Program-made: the position numbers and the translations under genes
Origin: Ignavibacteriota bacterium
GTDB lineage: Bacteria; Bacteroidota; Ignavibacteria; UBA10030
Assembly: GCA_963701295.1 (NCBI GenBank)
Contig: OY969585.1
Span: 1,856,001 to 1,920,000 of the forward strand
Length of the DNA: 64,000 nt
Reading direction: 5' to 3'
Part shown: piece after piece, positions 1 to 9,191 of the stretch
How the letters are laid out: every line of letters starts with the position of its first letter
How positions within the stretch are numbered: the first letter of the stretch is position 1
The notes under the pieces: generated by a model
What the model saw: the letters and a program-made list of their open reading frames with translations, nothing else
Database searches by the model: none
What the model was told of the DNA's origin: nothing

Positions 1-468
1 GAAGCGACAAAACGAACCGCCGATACCTATAATGAAGCGGCATCTTTTTTTAAGACAAAAGGCTTGCATTTCGGCCTTCATGATCATTGGTGGGAGTTTG
101 AAAAGATGGATGGAATATATCCATTCTATTATTTATTAGAGCATTTAGATCCCAGCATGTTTTTTGAGATTGATACGTATTGGGTGAAAACCAGTGGCCA
201 AAATCCTGCAAAAGTCATTGCCGATTTTGGCAAACGAGCTCCATTCCTTCATATCAAAGATGGCCCGGCGATAAAAGGTGACAAAGCATACGAACAAGTG
301 CCGGCGGGAAGCGGAACAATGGATTTTCCATCAATCGTTAAAGCTGGAGGTAGTCACATAAAATGGATGATTGTTGAATTTGATGAGTACGCGGGAAATA
401 TTTTAGAAGGTGTGCAGGACAGTTACACATATCTGACGAAAAATAGTCTGGCAAAAGGGAAAGTATAA
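1..468 (+). CDS. Sugar phosphate isomerase/epimerase (TIM-barrel, AP-endonuclease-2/IolE-like), 5'-truncated
   Basis: Frame 1 is open from base 1 (EATKRTADTYNEAASFFKTKGLHFGLHDHWWEF); motifs FEIDTYWV, LHIKDG, G.GTMDF, IVEFD. Confidence 0.8.
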   Translation, partial: EATKRTADTYNEAASFFKTKGLHFGLHDHWWEFEKMDGIYPFYYLLEHLDPSMFFEIDTYWVKTSGQNPAKVIADFGKRAPFLHIKDGPAIKGDKAYEQVPAGSGTMDFPSIVKAGGSHIKWMIVEFDEYAGNILEGVQDSYTYLTKNSLAKGKV

Positions 469-488
469 CATTTACTGAGAAGAGTATT

Positions 489-1484
489 ATGAAGGTTCTA
501 TTTATTGGTGGTACCGGAAATATCAGCACAACAGTCAGCACACAAGCAGTCACTCGTGGAATAGAATTGTATCTGCTCAATCGCGGTAAAAGAGGTTTAA
601 CAATTCCTGGTACAAAATCGATTATTGGAGATATCAATCGACGTGAGGATATAGAATCTGTTTTGAAAGGGCATACGTGGGATGTGGTTGTTAACTGGAT
701 TGCGTTCACGGAGCAAGATATTGTAAGAGATTATGAATTGTTCCGGGGGAGGACGAAGCAATATATATTTATTAGCTCTGCATCGGTATATCAGAAACCG
801 CTGGCATTTCCTTTCGTCACAGAATCGACACCACTTGCAAATCCGTTCTGGCTATACTCGCGCAATAAAATTGCATGCGAAATGACACTCAATTGCTATT
901 ATCGGCAGGAACAATTTCCTGTCACAATTGTACGGCCGTCATTAACGTACGATACGGTGATTCCGGTTCCGATCGGAGGCTGGACTGAGTACACGATTAT
1001 CGATAGGATAAAAAAAGGTAAGAAAATCATTGTCCATGGCGACGGAACTTCTTTGTTTACTATTACTCATGCGGATGATTTTGCAAAAGGATTTCTCGGA
1101 CTTTTGGGTCACCAACAAGCAATCGGTGAATCGTTTCATATTACATCCGATGAAATTCTTACTTGGAATCAAATTCATGAAGCTCTTGCAGAAGCGATAG
1201 AGTGTGAAGCTCAGCTTGTGCATATTCCATCTGATACTCTGGCGACATTTGATGAAGATTTACACGGTAGTCTCATCGGTGATAAAGCTACAAGTGTCAT
1301 TTTTGATAATACAAAGATTAAGAGATTTGTTCCGGGCTTTACAGCGAAAATTCCTTTCAAACAGGGCATTCGAAGAACTCTCACATGGTTCGAAGCAGAT
1401 CCTGCGAGACAAGTAATTCGAAAAGAAACAAATGCTTGGATGGATAAGATCATCAATCAATATGAGAAAGCTTTCAATCCCTAA
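489..1484 (+). CDS. NAD-dependent epimerase/dehydratase (extended SDR)
   Basis: GGTGNIS Rossmann motif, FISSASVY, YSRNK (YxxxK), IVRPS. Confidence 0.85.
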   Translation: MKVLFIGGTGNISTTVSTQAVTRGIELYLLNRGKRGLTIPGTKSIIGDINRREDIESVLKGHTWDVVVNWIAFTEQDIVRDYELFRGRTKQYIFISSASVYQKPLAFPFVTESTPLANPFWLYSRNKIACEMTLNCYYRQEQFPVTIVRPSLTYDTVIPVPIGGWTEYTIIDRIKKGKKIIVHGDGTSLFTITHADDFAKGFLGLLGHQQAIGESFHITSDEILTWNQIHEALAEAIECEAQLVHIPSDTLATFDEDLHGSLIGDKATSVIFDNTKIKRFVPGFTAKIPFKQGIRRTLTWFEADPARQVIRKETNAWMDKIINQYEKAFNP

Positions 1485-1547
1485 GAAATATGAATATAAG
1501 TTCATGAGATTATTATAAAAAACTTATCTGTGAGAAAGGGTTGCTCC

Positions 1548-3671
1548 ATGTATAAATATATGATTCTCTTTATAGTATTGTCGATTGCCTTTTTTATTTT
1601 TTACTCTCAGATGAAAAGTCAATCCATCCAAAAGGAGAAAGAACAATTTCAACCGCTCTCTTACAAACTAGCCGATGCAAAAGCCGATTCTATACTAACG
1701 TTGATGACACAAGATGAAAAAATTTCCATTGTAGAAGGTGATAGGTTCTTTTTTATCAGACCGATCCCGCGATTAAATTTTCCCGAAGTATATATGACAG
1801 ATGCTACACAAGGCGTTCACATCAGGGAAGATCCCAGTAATAATGACTTGACAAAATACCAATTAGAAAAATCCACCGCTTTTCCCTGCCCTATATCGTT
1901 AGCGGCTACTTGGAATCCCAAACTCTCCTATCGGTATGCAGAAGCTGTCGGTGAAGAATGTCGAGCTGGAGGTATTGGTATTTTATTGGGGCCTGGCATG
2001 AATAGTTATCGTGTATCTCAGTGCGGTAGAAATTTTGAGTATTTTGGAGAAGACCCTTACCTCAGAGCAAGAATGATCAGCGAATACGTGGAAGGAGTGC
2101 AAAGTACAGGTACGATTGCTACATTAAAACACTTCGTGGCAAATAATACAGACTACTATAGAAGAAGAAGCAATTCTATCCTCGACGAGAGAACTCTCAA
2201 TGAGATCTATCTGCCGCCTTTTAAAGCCGGAATAGATGCGGGAGCTCAGGCAGTTATGACATCCTACAATATGTTGAACGGAGAATGGTGTGGGCAAAGT
2301 AAATACGTTATCAATAGAATCTTACGAAAACAATTAGGTTTTCAAGGATTGGTTATGACAGATTGGTGGTCTGTGTATGACGGTGAAAAACTTGTAAAAT
2401 CTGGTCAGGATTTGGAAATGCCTTATGCTGTCGCTCTGAAAGATGCACACCAACTTCTCCAAGAAGGGAAAATAAAGATTGAAGATATCAACAGGATGGC
2501 AAAAAATATTCTTCGAACTTGTTTTATTATGAAATTTGATGACCGGAAAAAATATCTCTCTGATAGTACTCTCTATGGAAACCATGAGTTGATAGCTTTG
2601 CAGACTGCCCGCGAGGGAATTGTTCTCCTCAAGAATGAAAAGAACATACTTCCTCTCCAGGAAGACAAAAAGAAAATACTTGTGACCGGTGATTACGTCG
2701 TAAAAAATGCGATGGGTGGCGGCTCTGCCTTCGTGAAGGGATATAACAATAGACTCATGCTTGATGAACTAAAGAAAGAGTTTGGCGATAGGATACTGTA
2801 TGTGAGGAACCCAAGTCCCGATCAAATACAATCTGCAGATGTTGTGTTGTGTAATATCGGGACGGAAGACAGTGAGGGATGGGATCGATCATTTGCGTTG
2901 CCTGAAGACCAAGAAAAAAAAGTTGAAGATTGCGTCAATAATAATCCCAACACCGTTGTTATCGTTACTTCCGGAAGCGGCATTCGAATGATGGATTGGA
3001 ATAATAAAGCGAGAGCAATTCTCTATGCATGGTATGGCGGGCAAACTGGGAACAAAGCGTTAGTTGAAATTTTGGCAGGAAAAACAAACCCGTCAGGGAA
3101 GTTGCCGATAACTATCGAGAAAGAATTTAAAGATTCACCGGGATATGGATATATCCCTGAAGGCGAGACATTGTATCAAGGGTGGCATGAAAAAGAAGAA
3201 AAAGCACATCCGTTGTACGATATTCGTTATACCGAAGGGATATTTGTTGGTTATCGGTGGTATGAAATAAAGAATATTGAACCGTTGTATCCTTTTGGAT
3301 TTGGACTTTCTTACACATCATTTGAGTACAGCGATCTTGCGGTAGGAACGGATATATTCCATGATCAAGGAACGGTCAAGGTAAGCGTTACTGTAAAGAA
3401 TGTCGGAAATAGAAGGGGTTTAGAAACGGTCCAATTGTATGTTCAAGATGTGGAATGTACTGTTCCGCGTCCATTGAAAGAGCTCAAGGGATTTACAAAA
3501 GTGGATTTGGAACCAGGACAAAGCAAGAATGTTGTGATAGAATTGACAACAAAGGATTTTTCATTCTGGAACCCGAAGACAAAAGATTGGTTTTTCGAAA
3601 AAGGGACATTCGTGATTCAGGTCGGCTCATCGTCAAAAGAAATAAAAGTACAGAAGCAAATAGAATTGTGA
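1548..3671 (+). CDS. GH3 beta-glucosidase-like glycoside hydrolase with N-terminal signal/anchor and C-terminal FnIII-like domain
   Basis: CGRNFEYFGEDP, LKHFVAN, VMTDW nucleophile motif, GKLPIT, YPFGFGLSYT; ATG 1548 follows AGAAAGGG. Confidence 0.92.
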   Translation: MYKYMILFIVLSIAFFIFYSQMKSQSIQKEKEQFQPLSYKLADAKADSILTLMTQDEKISIVEGDRFFFIRPIPRLNFPEVYMTDATQGVHIREDPSNNDLTKYQLEKSTAFPCPISLAATWNPKLSYRYAEAVGEECRAGGIGILLGPGMNSYRVSQCGRNFEYFGEDPYLRARMISEYVEGVQSTGTIATLKHFVANNTDYYRRRSNSILDERTLNEIYLPPFKAGIDAGAQAVMTSYNMLNGEWCGQSKYVINRILRKQLGFQGLVMTDWWSVYDGEKLVKSGQDLEMPYAVALKDAHQLLQEGKIKIEDINRMAKNILRTCFIMKFDDRKKYLSDSTLYGNHELIALQTAREGIVLLKNEKNILPLQEDKKKILVTGDYVVKNAMGGGSAFVKGYNNRLMLDELKKEFGDRILYVRNPSPDQIQSADVVLCNIGTEDSEGWDRSFALPEDQEKKVEDCVNNNPNTVVIVTSGSGIRMMDWNNKARAILYAWYGGQTGNKALVEILAGKTNPSGKLPITIEKEFKDSPGYGYIPEGETLYQGWHEKEEKAHPLYDIRYTEGIFVGYRWYEIKNIEPLYPFGFGLSYTSFEYSDLAVGTDIFHDQGTVKVSVTVKNVGNRRGLETVQLYVQDVECTVPRPLKELKGFTKVDLEPGQSKNVVIELTTKDFSFWNPKTKDWFFEKGTFVIQVGSSSKEIKVQKQIEL

Positions 3672-3879
3672 TGACGGCATTTCTTGAGTGGAGTTGATAT
3701 GCCCAAACAAACAAAAGCCAAAAGTAATGATCTGAAACTGGATTGATATCAAATAAACAGGTATTTTATCAATACAGATTTCTTTTCAACTATAAAAAAC
3801 AGTTTTTGTTGTTCAGCAAAATATGAAAGACTCAGATGAATACATTCATTCATCCATCATGTCACTTTAGGAGAATCCA

Positions 3880-5379
3880 ATGAGTGAACCAACAAGCAAA
3901 TTACATTTAAGGGAAAAGGTCGGTTACGGATTTGGAGATTTAGCTTCTTGCCTATTCTGGGCGACGATCATGTCGCAGCTGCTTTTCTTTTATACAGATG
4001 TATTTGGCTTGACAGGAAGAGCCGCCGGAATAATGTTTTTTGTCTCTAGGATCCTGGATGCTGTTTTTGACGTGGTAATTGGAATGACAGCAGACCGGAC
4101 CAAAAGCCGGTGGGGAAAATTCAGGCCTTATTTATTATGGGGAGCTGTTCCACTGGCCGTTTCAGCTGTGCTGGCTTTTACAACGCCTGAATTTGGAGAA
4201 GTAGGGAAACTCATATATGCCTATGCTACATTTATCCTTTTTATGTTCCTTTATTCTGCAATCAACATCCCTTATACAGCTTTGCTGGGTGTTATCAGCG
4301 GGGATCCTGTCGAAAGAACAAGCGCCTCATCTTTTAAATTCACTGGTGCATATTTAGGCGGTTTTATTGTCTCCGCTACAGTCTTGCCGCTTGCAGCTCA
4401 TTTTGGTCATGAAAGTGTCGCAAAAGGATGGCAGATGACAATGGGCATTTATGGAATAGCAGCAATTGTTTTCTTTTTTATAACTTTCATTTCGACACAC
4501 GAACGCATTCAACCAATCGCGAAAGAAAAAACATCCATAAAAAACGACCTGAAGGATTTATCGAAAAACGCACCTTGGATGCTGCTGTTTGCAGTGACGA
4601 TTCTTTTTATCCTGTTCGTCTGTATCCGCCTGAGCGTGACCACACACTATTTTAAATATTATATCGGAGAACAGGCCAGCCCGCTGTTGACACAGATTTA
4701 CAACTTCCTCTTGAAATATATTTTGAATCCGTTGTACGGTATTTTCGGGTCTCAAGCGACTCCTTTATTAGACGAGACACATAAGTATGGTTATGAAGTA
4801 TTAACATCCATTTTCAATACCTTGGGGCAAGGAATGTCATTGGTGGGAGTACTTCTGGTCCCATGGTTTACAAAAGTAGTCGGGCGAAAGAGTGCAGTCA
4901 TTATTCTTTTCGTCACTGCATTGATCACCACCGGCTCATTCCATTTCTTAAATCCCGACAACTTAACACTGATTTTTATTCTACAGCTCATCGGCTCAAT
5001 CACTGGAGGCCCAATTTCTGCGCTCCTATGGGTTCTATATGCCGACACGGCTGATCATTCCGAATGGAAAACTGGCAGAAGGGCAACTGGACTTGTCTTT
5101 TCAGCTTCTATCATGTCAACGAAAATCGGATGGGCTGTCGGGAGCATGGTAGCTGCTTTTATTCTGGATCAAACCGGATTCGTAGCCAATGTAGTTCAAA
5201 ACATAAACGTTCAGAATGGCTTGAAAGAGATGATGAGCGTCATACCGGTTGCAATAGGAGTGGTTGCATTAATTATTCTGGCTTTCTTCTATAAATTAGA
5301 TGAACCGACAATGAAGAAAGTCAAAGAGGAACTGGATGCACGACGGAAAGCGAATGATGCGGAACCAAGAATTGTGTAA
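3880..5379 (+). CDS. MFS glycoside-pentoside-hexuronide (GPH) cation symporter
   Basis: EKVGYGFGD, DRTKSRWGKFRPYLL, ADTADHSEWKTGRRATG; many hydrophobic helices; GGAG RBS. Confidence 0.9.
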   Translation: MSEPTSKLHLREKVGYGFGDLASCLFWATIMSQLLFFYTDVFGLTGRAAGIMFFVSRILDAVFDVVIGMTADRTKSRWGKFRPYLLWGAVPLAVSAVLAFTTPEFGEVGKLIYAYATFILFMFLYSAINIPYTALLGVISGDPVERTSASSFKFTGAYLGGFIVSATVLPLAAHFGHESVAKGWQMTMGIYGIAAIVFFFITFISTHERIQPIAKEKTSIKNDLKDLSKNAPWMLLFAVTILFILFVCIRLSVTTHYFKYYIGEQASPLLTQIYNFLLKYILNPLYGIFGSQATPLLDETHKYGYEVLTSIFNTLGQGMSLVGVLLVPWFTKVVGRKSAVIILFVTALITTGSFHFLNPDNLTLIFILQLIGSITGGPISALLWVLYADTADHSEWKTGRRATGLVFSASIMSTKIGWAVGSMVAAFILDQTGFVANVVQNINVQNGLKEMMSVIPVAIGVVALIILAFFYKLDEPTMKKVKEELDARRKANDAEPRIV

Positions 5380-5416
5380 TATGTTCATTTAAAAATAATC
5401 GACGGAGAACTTGAAT

Positions 5417-7810
5417 ATGCAGTATGGATTTTTTGATGATAAAAATAAGGAATATGTCATTAAACGGCCGGATACACCAAGATCATGGAGTAATTATCTT
5501 GGTTCGACAGAATACGGCGCTATTATTACCAATAACGCCGGAGGATATAGTTTTTATCAATCTGCAGCGCAGGGCAGATTTACGCGGCTTCGATTTAACT
5601 CTGTTCCCATGGATCAGCCGGGGCGATATCTCTATATCCATGATAAAGACAGCAAAGATTTTTGGTCTGCTTCTTGGCAGCCAGTCGGGAAATCGCTGAA
5701 GGACTACAAATCAGAATGCCGTCATGGGACTGCGTATACGAAGATCTCTTCAGAGTACTCATCGATTAAAACAGAGACATTATATTTTGTACCGTTGGGT
5801 AAAATGTACGAATGCTGGCTGGTGAAGGTAACAAATACCGGACGGAAAAAAAGGAAGTTGAAATTATTCACGTATGTCGAATATGCAAATAATTGGAGTG
5901 TCTATCAGGATCAAATCAATCTTCAGTACTCCCAATTCATCATGAAGATGAATGTGGTTAATAAGATGATCGACCATGGCACAAATGTTATGATGCCCTA
6001 TGGATCGGAACGAATGGAAGATGCCGAACAAGCGCGTCATTCTTTCTTGGCGTTGAGCGGAGCTCCTGTAAAAGGTTATGATACGGATCGAAATGTATTC
6101 CTTGGATCTTATGGAACATATGCAAACCCGATTGTTGTAGAACAAGGACGCTGCAGGAATTCAATCGCTGTGGGTGATAATGCGTGCGGCGTTTTACAAG
6201 TTGATGTTTCACTCAAGCCCGGTGAATCAAAAGAGCTGGTTGTTCTTATGGGAATTGGTAAGGCAGCAGTCGAAGGCAAGCATGCAGTAAGAGAGTTGGG
6301 GAATCCGGACAAAGTTCGTGAGGAATTTATTAAGCTCAAAACATTCTGGCATTCGCGGTTGCAGGGAATGACCGTTGAGACTCCCGATAAAGAGCTGAAC
6401 AGCATGCTGAATATGTGGAATCCGTACAACTCGCTTATCACGTATGCATGGTCAAGAGCCGCGAGTTTGATTTATACTGGTGAAAGAGACGGCTTAGGGT
6501 ATCGTGATACGGTGCAGGACATGCTCGGCGTCCTCCATACTATTCCCGAAGAGGCAAAAGAGCGCCTTGAACTCATGATTACAGGACAGGTTTCTACGGG
6601 CGGGGCAATGCCTGTCGTCAAACCATTTTCTCACAAACCCGGGAGTGAAAAAGCGCCTGAAGAAAAAGAATATCGTTCCGACGATTGCATGTGGCTTTTT
6701 AATACGATCCCTGCCTATGTCAAAGAAACCGGTGACATTGCATTCTTTCATAAAGTTTTGCCATACTCTGACCAAGGGGAAGATACGGTACTCGGTCATA
6801 TGAGGCGTGCGATTCAATTCACTCATGACCACTCGGGTACGCATGGTTTTCCATGCGGCTTATCTGCAGATTGGAATGACTGTTTGGCCCTCGGCCAAGA
6901 TGGTGAAACGACGTTTGTTGCATTTCAACTTCGATATGCATTGAAAACGTATAAAGAAGTCGCAGAGATGCTGAACAAACCCGACGAATCACTGTGGGCG
7001 GAAGGTCATCTGAAATCTTTGGATGAAAATCTTGAAAAATACGCATGGGATGGCGAGTGGTATTTGCGTGCATATCGTGCTGACGGTTTGAAATTTGGAT
7101 CCAAAGAAAATAAGGAAGCGTCCATTTTCATAGAACCGCAGCCATGGGCAGTCATCAGCGGCCATACTTCCGAAGAACAGTCGAAAAAATTGCTGGATGT
7201 TGTGAACAAACGTTTATCAACAGATTACGGACTTATGCTCTGTGATCCGCCTGTTGAAAGAACCGATCCGCATGTTATTAAAGCAAGATTGTTCAATAAA
7301 GGGATGAAGGAAAATGCTTCTATCTTTCAACATACACAAAGCTGGGTTGTTATTGCAGAGACACTTGTTGGAAGAGGAAACCGCGCCTATGAATACTATC
7401 GCAAGTTCATGCCCTCAGCGTACAATACGAAAGCAGAAATCCGCAACACAGAACCATATGTCTATTGCCAATTCACAAATAGCAAATATAATCCGCGTTA
7501 TGGTGCTTCACGTCTGCCATGGCTGACCGGAACAGCATCGTGGGCGTATTATACCGTGACGCAGTTTATTCTTGGAATTCAGCCTGAGTATTTCGGATTA
7601 AGAATTGATCCCTGTATTCCATCGGATTGGAAAGAAATTAAGATCACAAGAAGATTTAGAAAGAAGAATCTCAATATTACAATTATTAATTCAAGCCGTA
7701 TACAAAAAGGAGTCAAGAAAATAATCATGAACGGCAAGGAAATTGAAGGCAATTTAATTCCCTTAACCCTCATAATGGATAATAATGAAGTGCTTGTTCA
7801 TATGGGATGA
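5417..7810 (+). CDS. GH94 glycoside phosphorylase (cellobiose/chitobiose phosphorylase family)
   Basis: YGFFDDKNKEYVI, GLGYRDTVQD, RSDD, catalytic ADWNDCL, ENASIF, WLTGTASW. Confidence 0.92.
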   Translation: MQYGFFDDKNKEYVIKRPDTPRSWSNYLGSTEYGAIITNNAGGYSFYQSAAQGRFTRLRFNSVPMDQPGRYLYIHDKDSKDFWSASWQPVGKSLKDYKSECRHGTAYTKISSEYSSIKTETLYFVPLGKMYECWLVKVTNTGRKKRKLKLFTYVEYANNWSVYQDQINLQYSQFIMKMNVVNKMIDHGTNVMMPYGSERMEDAEQARHSFLALSGAPVKGYDTDRNVFLGSYGTYANPIVVEQGRCRNSIAVGDNACGVLQVDVSLKPGESKELVVLMGIGKAAVEGKHAVRELGNPDKVREEFIKLKTFWHSRLQGMTVETPDKELNSMLNMWNPYNSLITYAWSRAASLIYTGERDGLGYRDTVQDMLGVLHTIPEEAKERLELMITGQVSTGGAMPVVKPFSHKPGSEKAPEEKEYRSDDCMWLFNTIPAYVKETGDIAFFHKVLPYSDQGEDTVLGHMRRAIQFTHDHSGTHGFPCGLSADWNDCLALGQDGETTFVAFQLRYALKTYKEVAEMLNKPDESLWAEGHLKSLDENLEKYAWDGEWYLRAYRADGLKFGSKENKEASIFIEPQPWAVISGHTSEEQSKKLLDVVNKRLSTDYGLMLCDPPVERTDPHVIKARLFNKGMKENASIFQHTQSWVVIAETLVGRGNRAYEYYRKFMPSAYNTKAEIRNTEPYVYCQFTNSKYNPRYGASRLPWLTGTASWAYYTVTQFILGIQPEYFGLRIDPCIPSDWKEIKITRRFRKKNLNITIINSSRIQKGVKKIIMNGKEIEGNLIPLTLIMDNNEVLVHMG

Positions 7811-7883
7811 TTTTTTACGAACAGTTCGTTCCGTGTAACGACGAGAGGGATTAACCGTTGTTTTTAACATAGAGGAAAGATAT

Positions 7884-8876
7884 ATGAGCAATATGATTAT
7901 TGGAGATGCATTACCGAATATGCCATGGGAAGAAAAACCAAGGGGATGCAGCGATGTTGTATGGAGATATAGTGGAAATCCTATTATTGGATGGAATCCT
8001 ATACCCAAAGCAGCACGAATATTTAATAGTGCGGTATTGCCGTATAATGGAAAATTTGTAGGAACTTTCCGTGCTGATCAAAAAAATGGCAGAGCAACAT
8101 TGTTTTTTGGAAAGAGCGATGATGCAATTCATTGGGATATTGGGCCGGATCCGATTCATTGGGTTGACGAAAATGGAAAACCCAATCCCATCAGCTATGG
8201 GTATGATCCGAGGTTCGTTAAAATTGAAGACACGTACTATATTGTGTGGTGCGATGATATGCATGGCGCATCCATTGGTCTGGGTAAAACAAAGGACTTC
8301 AAAACATTTATTCGTATGCCCAATCCGTTTATGCCGTATAACAGAAACGGCGTTCTTTTCCCTCGAAAAATAAACGGGAAGTATATGATATTGAGCCGTC
8401 CAAGCGATAGCGGACATACGCCATTCGGAAATATTTATATTAGTGAAAGCCCTGATTTGATCCACTGGGGAAAACATAGATTTGTTATGGGAAATGGCGG
8501 GCAAGGCTGGTGGCAGGGAACGAAAGTCGGCGCTGGACCGATTCCGGTCGAGACAAAAGAAGGTTGGCTCCTTTTCTACCACGGTGTATCGTTTACATGC
8601 AACGGTTTTGTTTACAGTACCGGTGCTGTCATATTGGATATTAATGATCCTGGTAAAGTATTATACAGGACACGTGATTATTTACTCACTCCGGAAAAAC
8701 CTTATGAAACAACCGGATTCGTTCCGAATGTTGCTTTCCCTGGCGGTATTTTGAATGATGCAGCTACTGGAAGAATTGCTCTTTATTATGGCGCTGCTGA
8801 TACCTATACAGCTCTTGCCTTCTGTCAGGTTGATGAACTCATCGATTATATAAAAAAGAATTCAGAGGTATTCTAA
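7884..8876 (+). CDS. GH130 beta-mannoside phosphorylase (RaMP2/UhgbMP-like)
   Basis: MPWEEKP..VVWRYSGNPII, FNSAV, YDPR, NRNGVLFPRKI, RPSDSGHTPFG, YYGAADT. Confidence 0.9.
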   Translation: MSNMIIGDALPNMPWEEKPRGCSDVVWRYSGNPIIGWNPIPKAARIFNSAVLPYNGKFVGTFRADQKNGRATLFFGKSDDAIHWDIGPDPIHWVDENGKPNPISYGYDPRFVKIEDTYYIVWCDDMHGASIGLGKTKDFKTFIRMPNPFMPYNRNGVLFPRKINGKYMILSRPSDSGHTPFGNIYISESPDLIHWGKHRFVMGNGGQGWWQGTKVGAGPIPVETKEGWLLFYHGVSFTCNGFVYSTGAVILDINDPGKVLYRTRDYLLTPEKPYETTGFVPNVAFPGGILNDAATGRIALYYGAADTYTALAFCQVDELIDYIKKNSEVF

Positions 8877-8888
8877 TCCTATACTTCC

Positions 8889-9101
8889 GTGAAGGAATTT
8901 TTTGAATCTTGTGATCAAGAATGCAATAGATTTTCTGTGAACCGGGTTTTTCAGGGAGTGCGTTATAACATCTCGGTGAAGCGGGAAGGCAAAGACAATA
9001 AGGTACGCCGATTGGTCGACGGTCTAGCGGTCGAAGGCAATATTATTCCAAAACCGCCTTCAGGTGTTACTCAAGTTGCAGTTCAAGTATTATTGTCTTA
9101 A
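8889..9101 (+). pseudogene. Remnant resembling the C-terminal domain of a second GH94 phosphorylase
   Basis: FSVNRVFQGVRYNISV..LVDGLAVEGNIIP..VQVLLS parallels the end of the upstream GH94 (ITRRFRKKNLNITI..IMNGKEIEGNLIP..VLVHMG). Confidence 0.65.
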
Positions 9102-9135
9102 GTTTAAAAAAGCAGGTACTATGTACTGACAGATT

Positions 9136-9176
9136 TCTCGCATGTTGGCGAATAGCAACATGCGAGATATTTATTT
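9136..9176 (+). terminator. Intrinsic terminator-like hairpin
   Basis: Perfect 12-bp stem TCTCGCATGTTG / CAACATGCGAGA followed by TATTTATTT. Confidence 0.6.
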
Positions 9177-9191
9177 GGTATAAGAAAGAAT

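Noticed and set aside
7911-8582. 223-aa antisense ORF and the many other short overlapping ORFs in the track
   Set aside because: They lie opposite or within well-supported genes and show no recognisable motifs; treated as shadow ORFs
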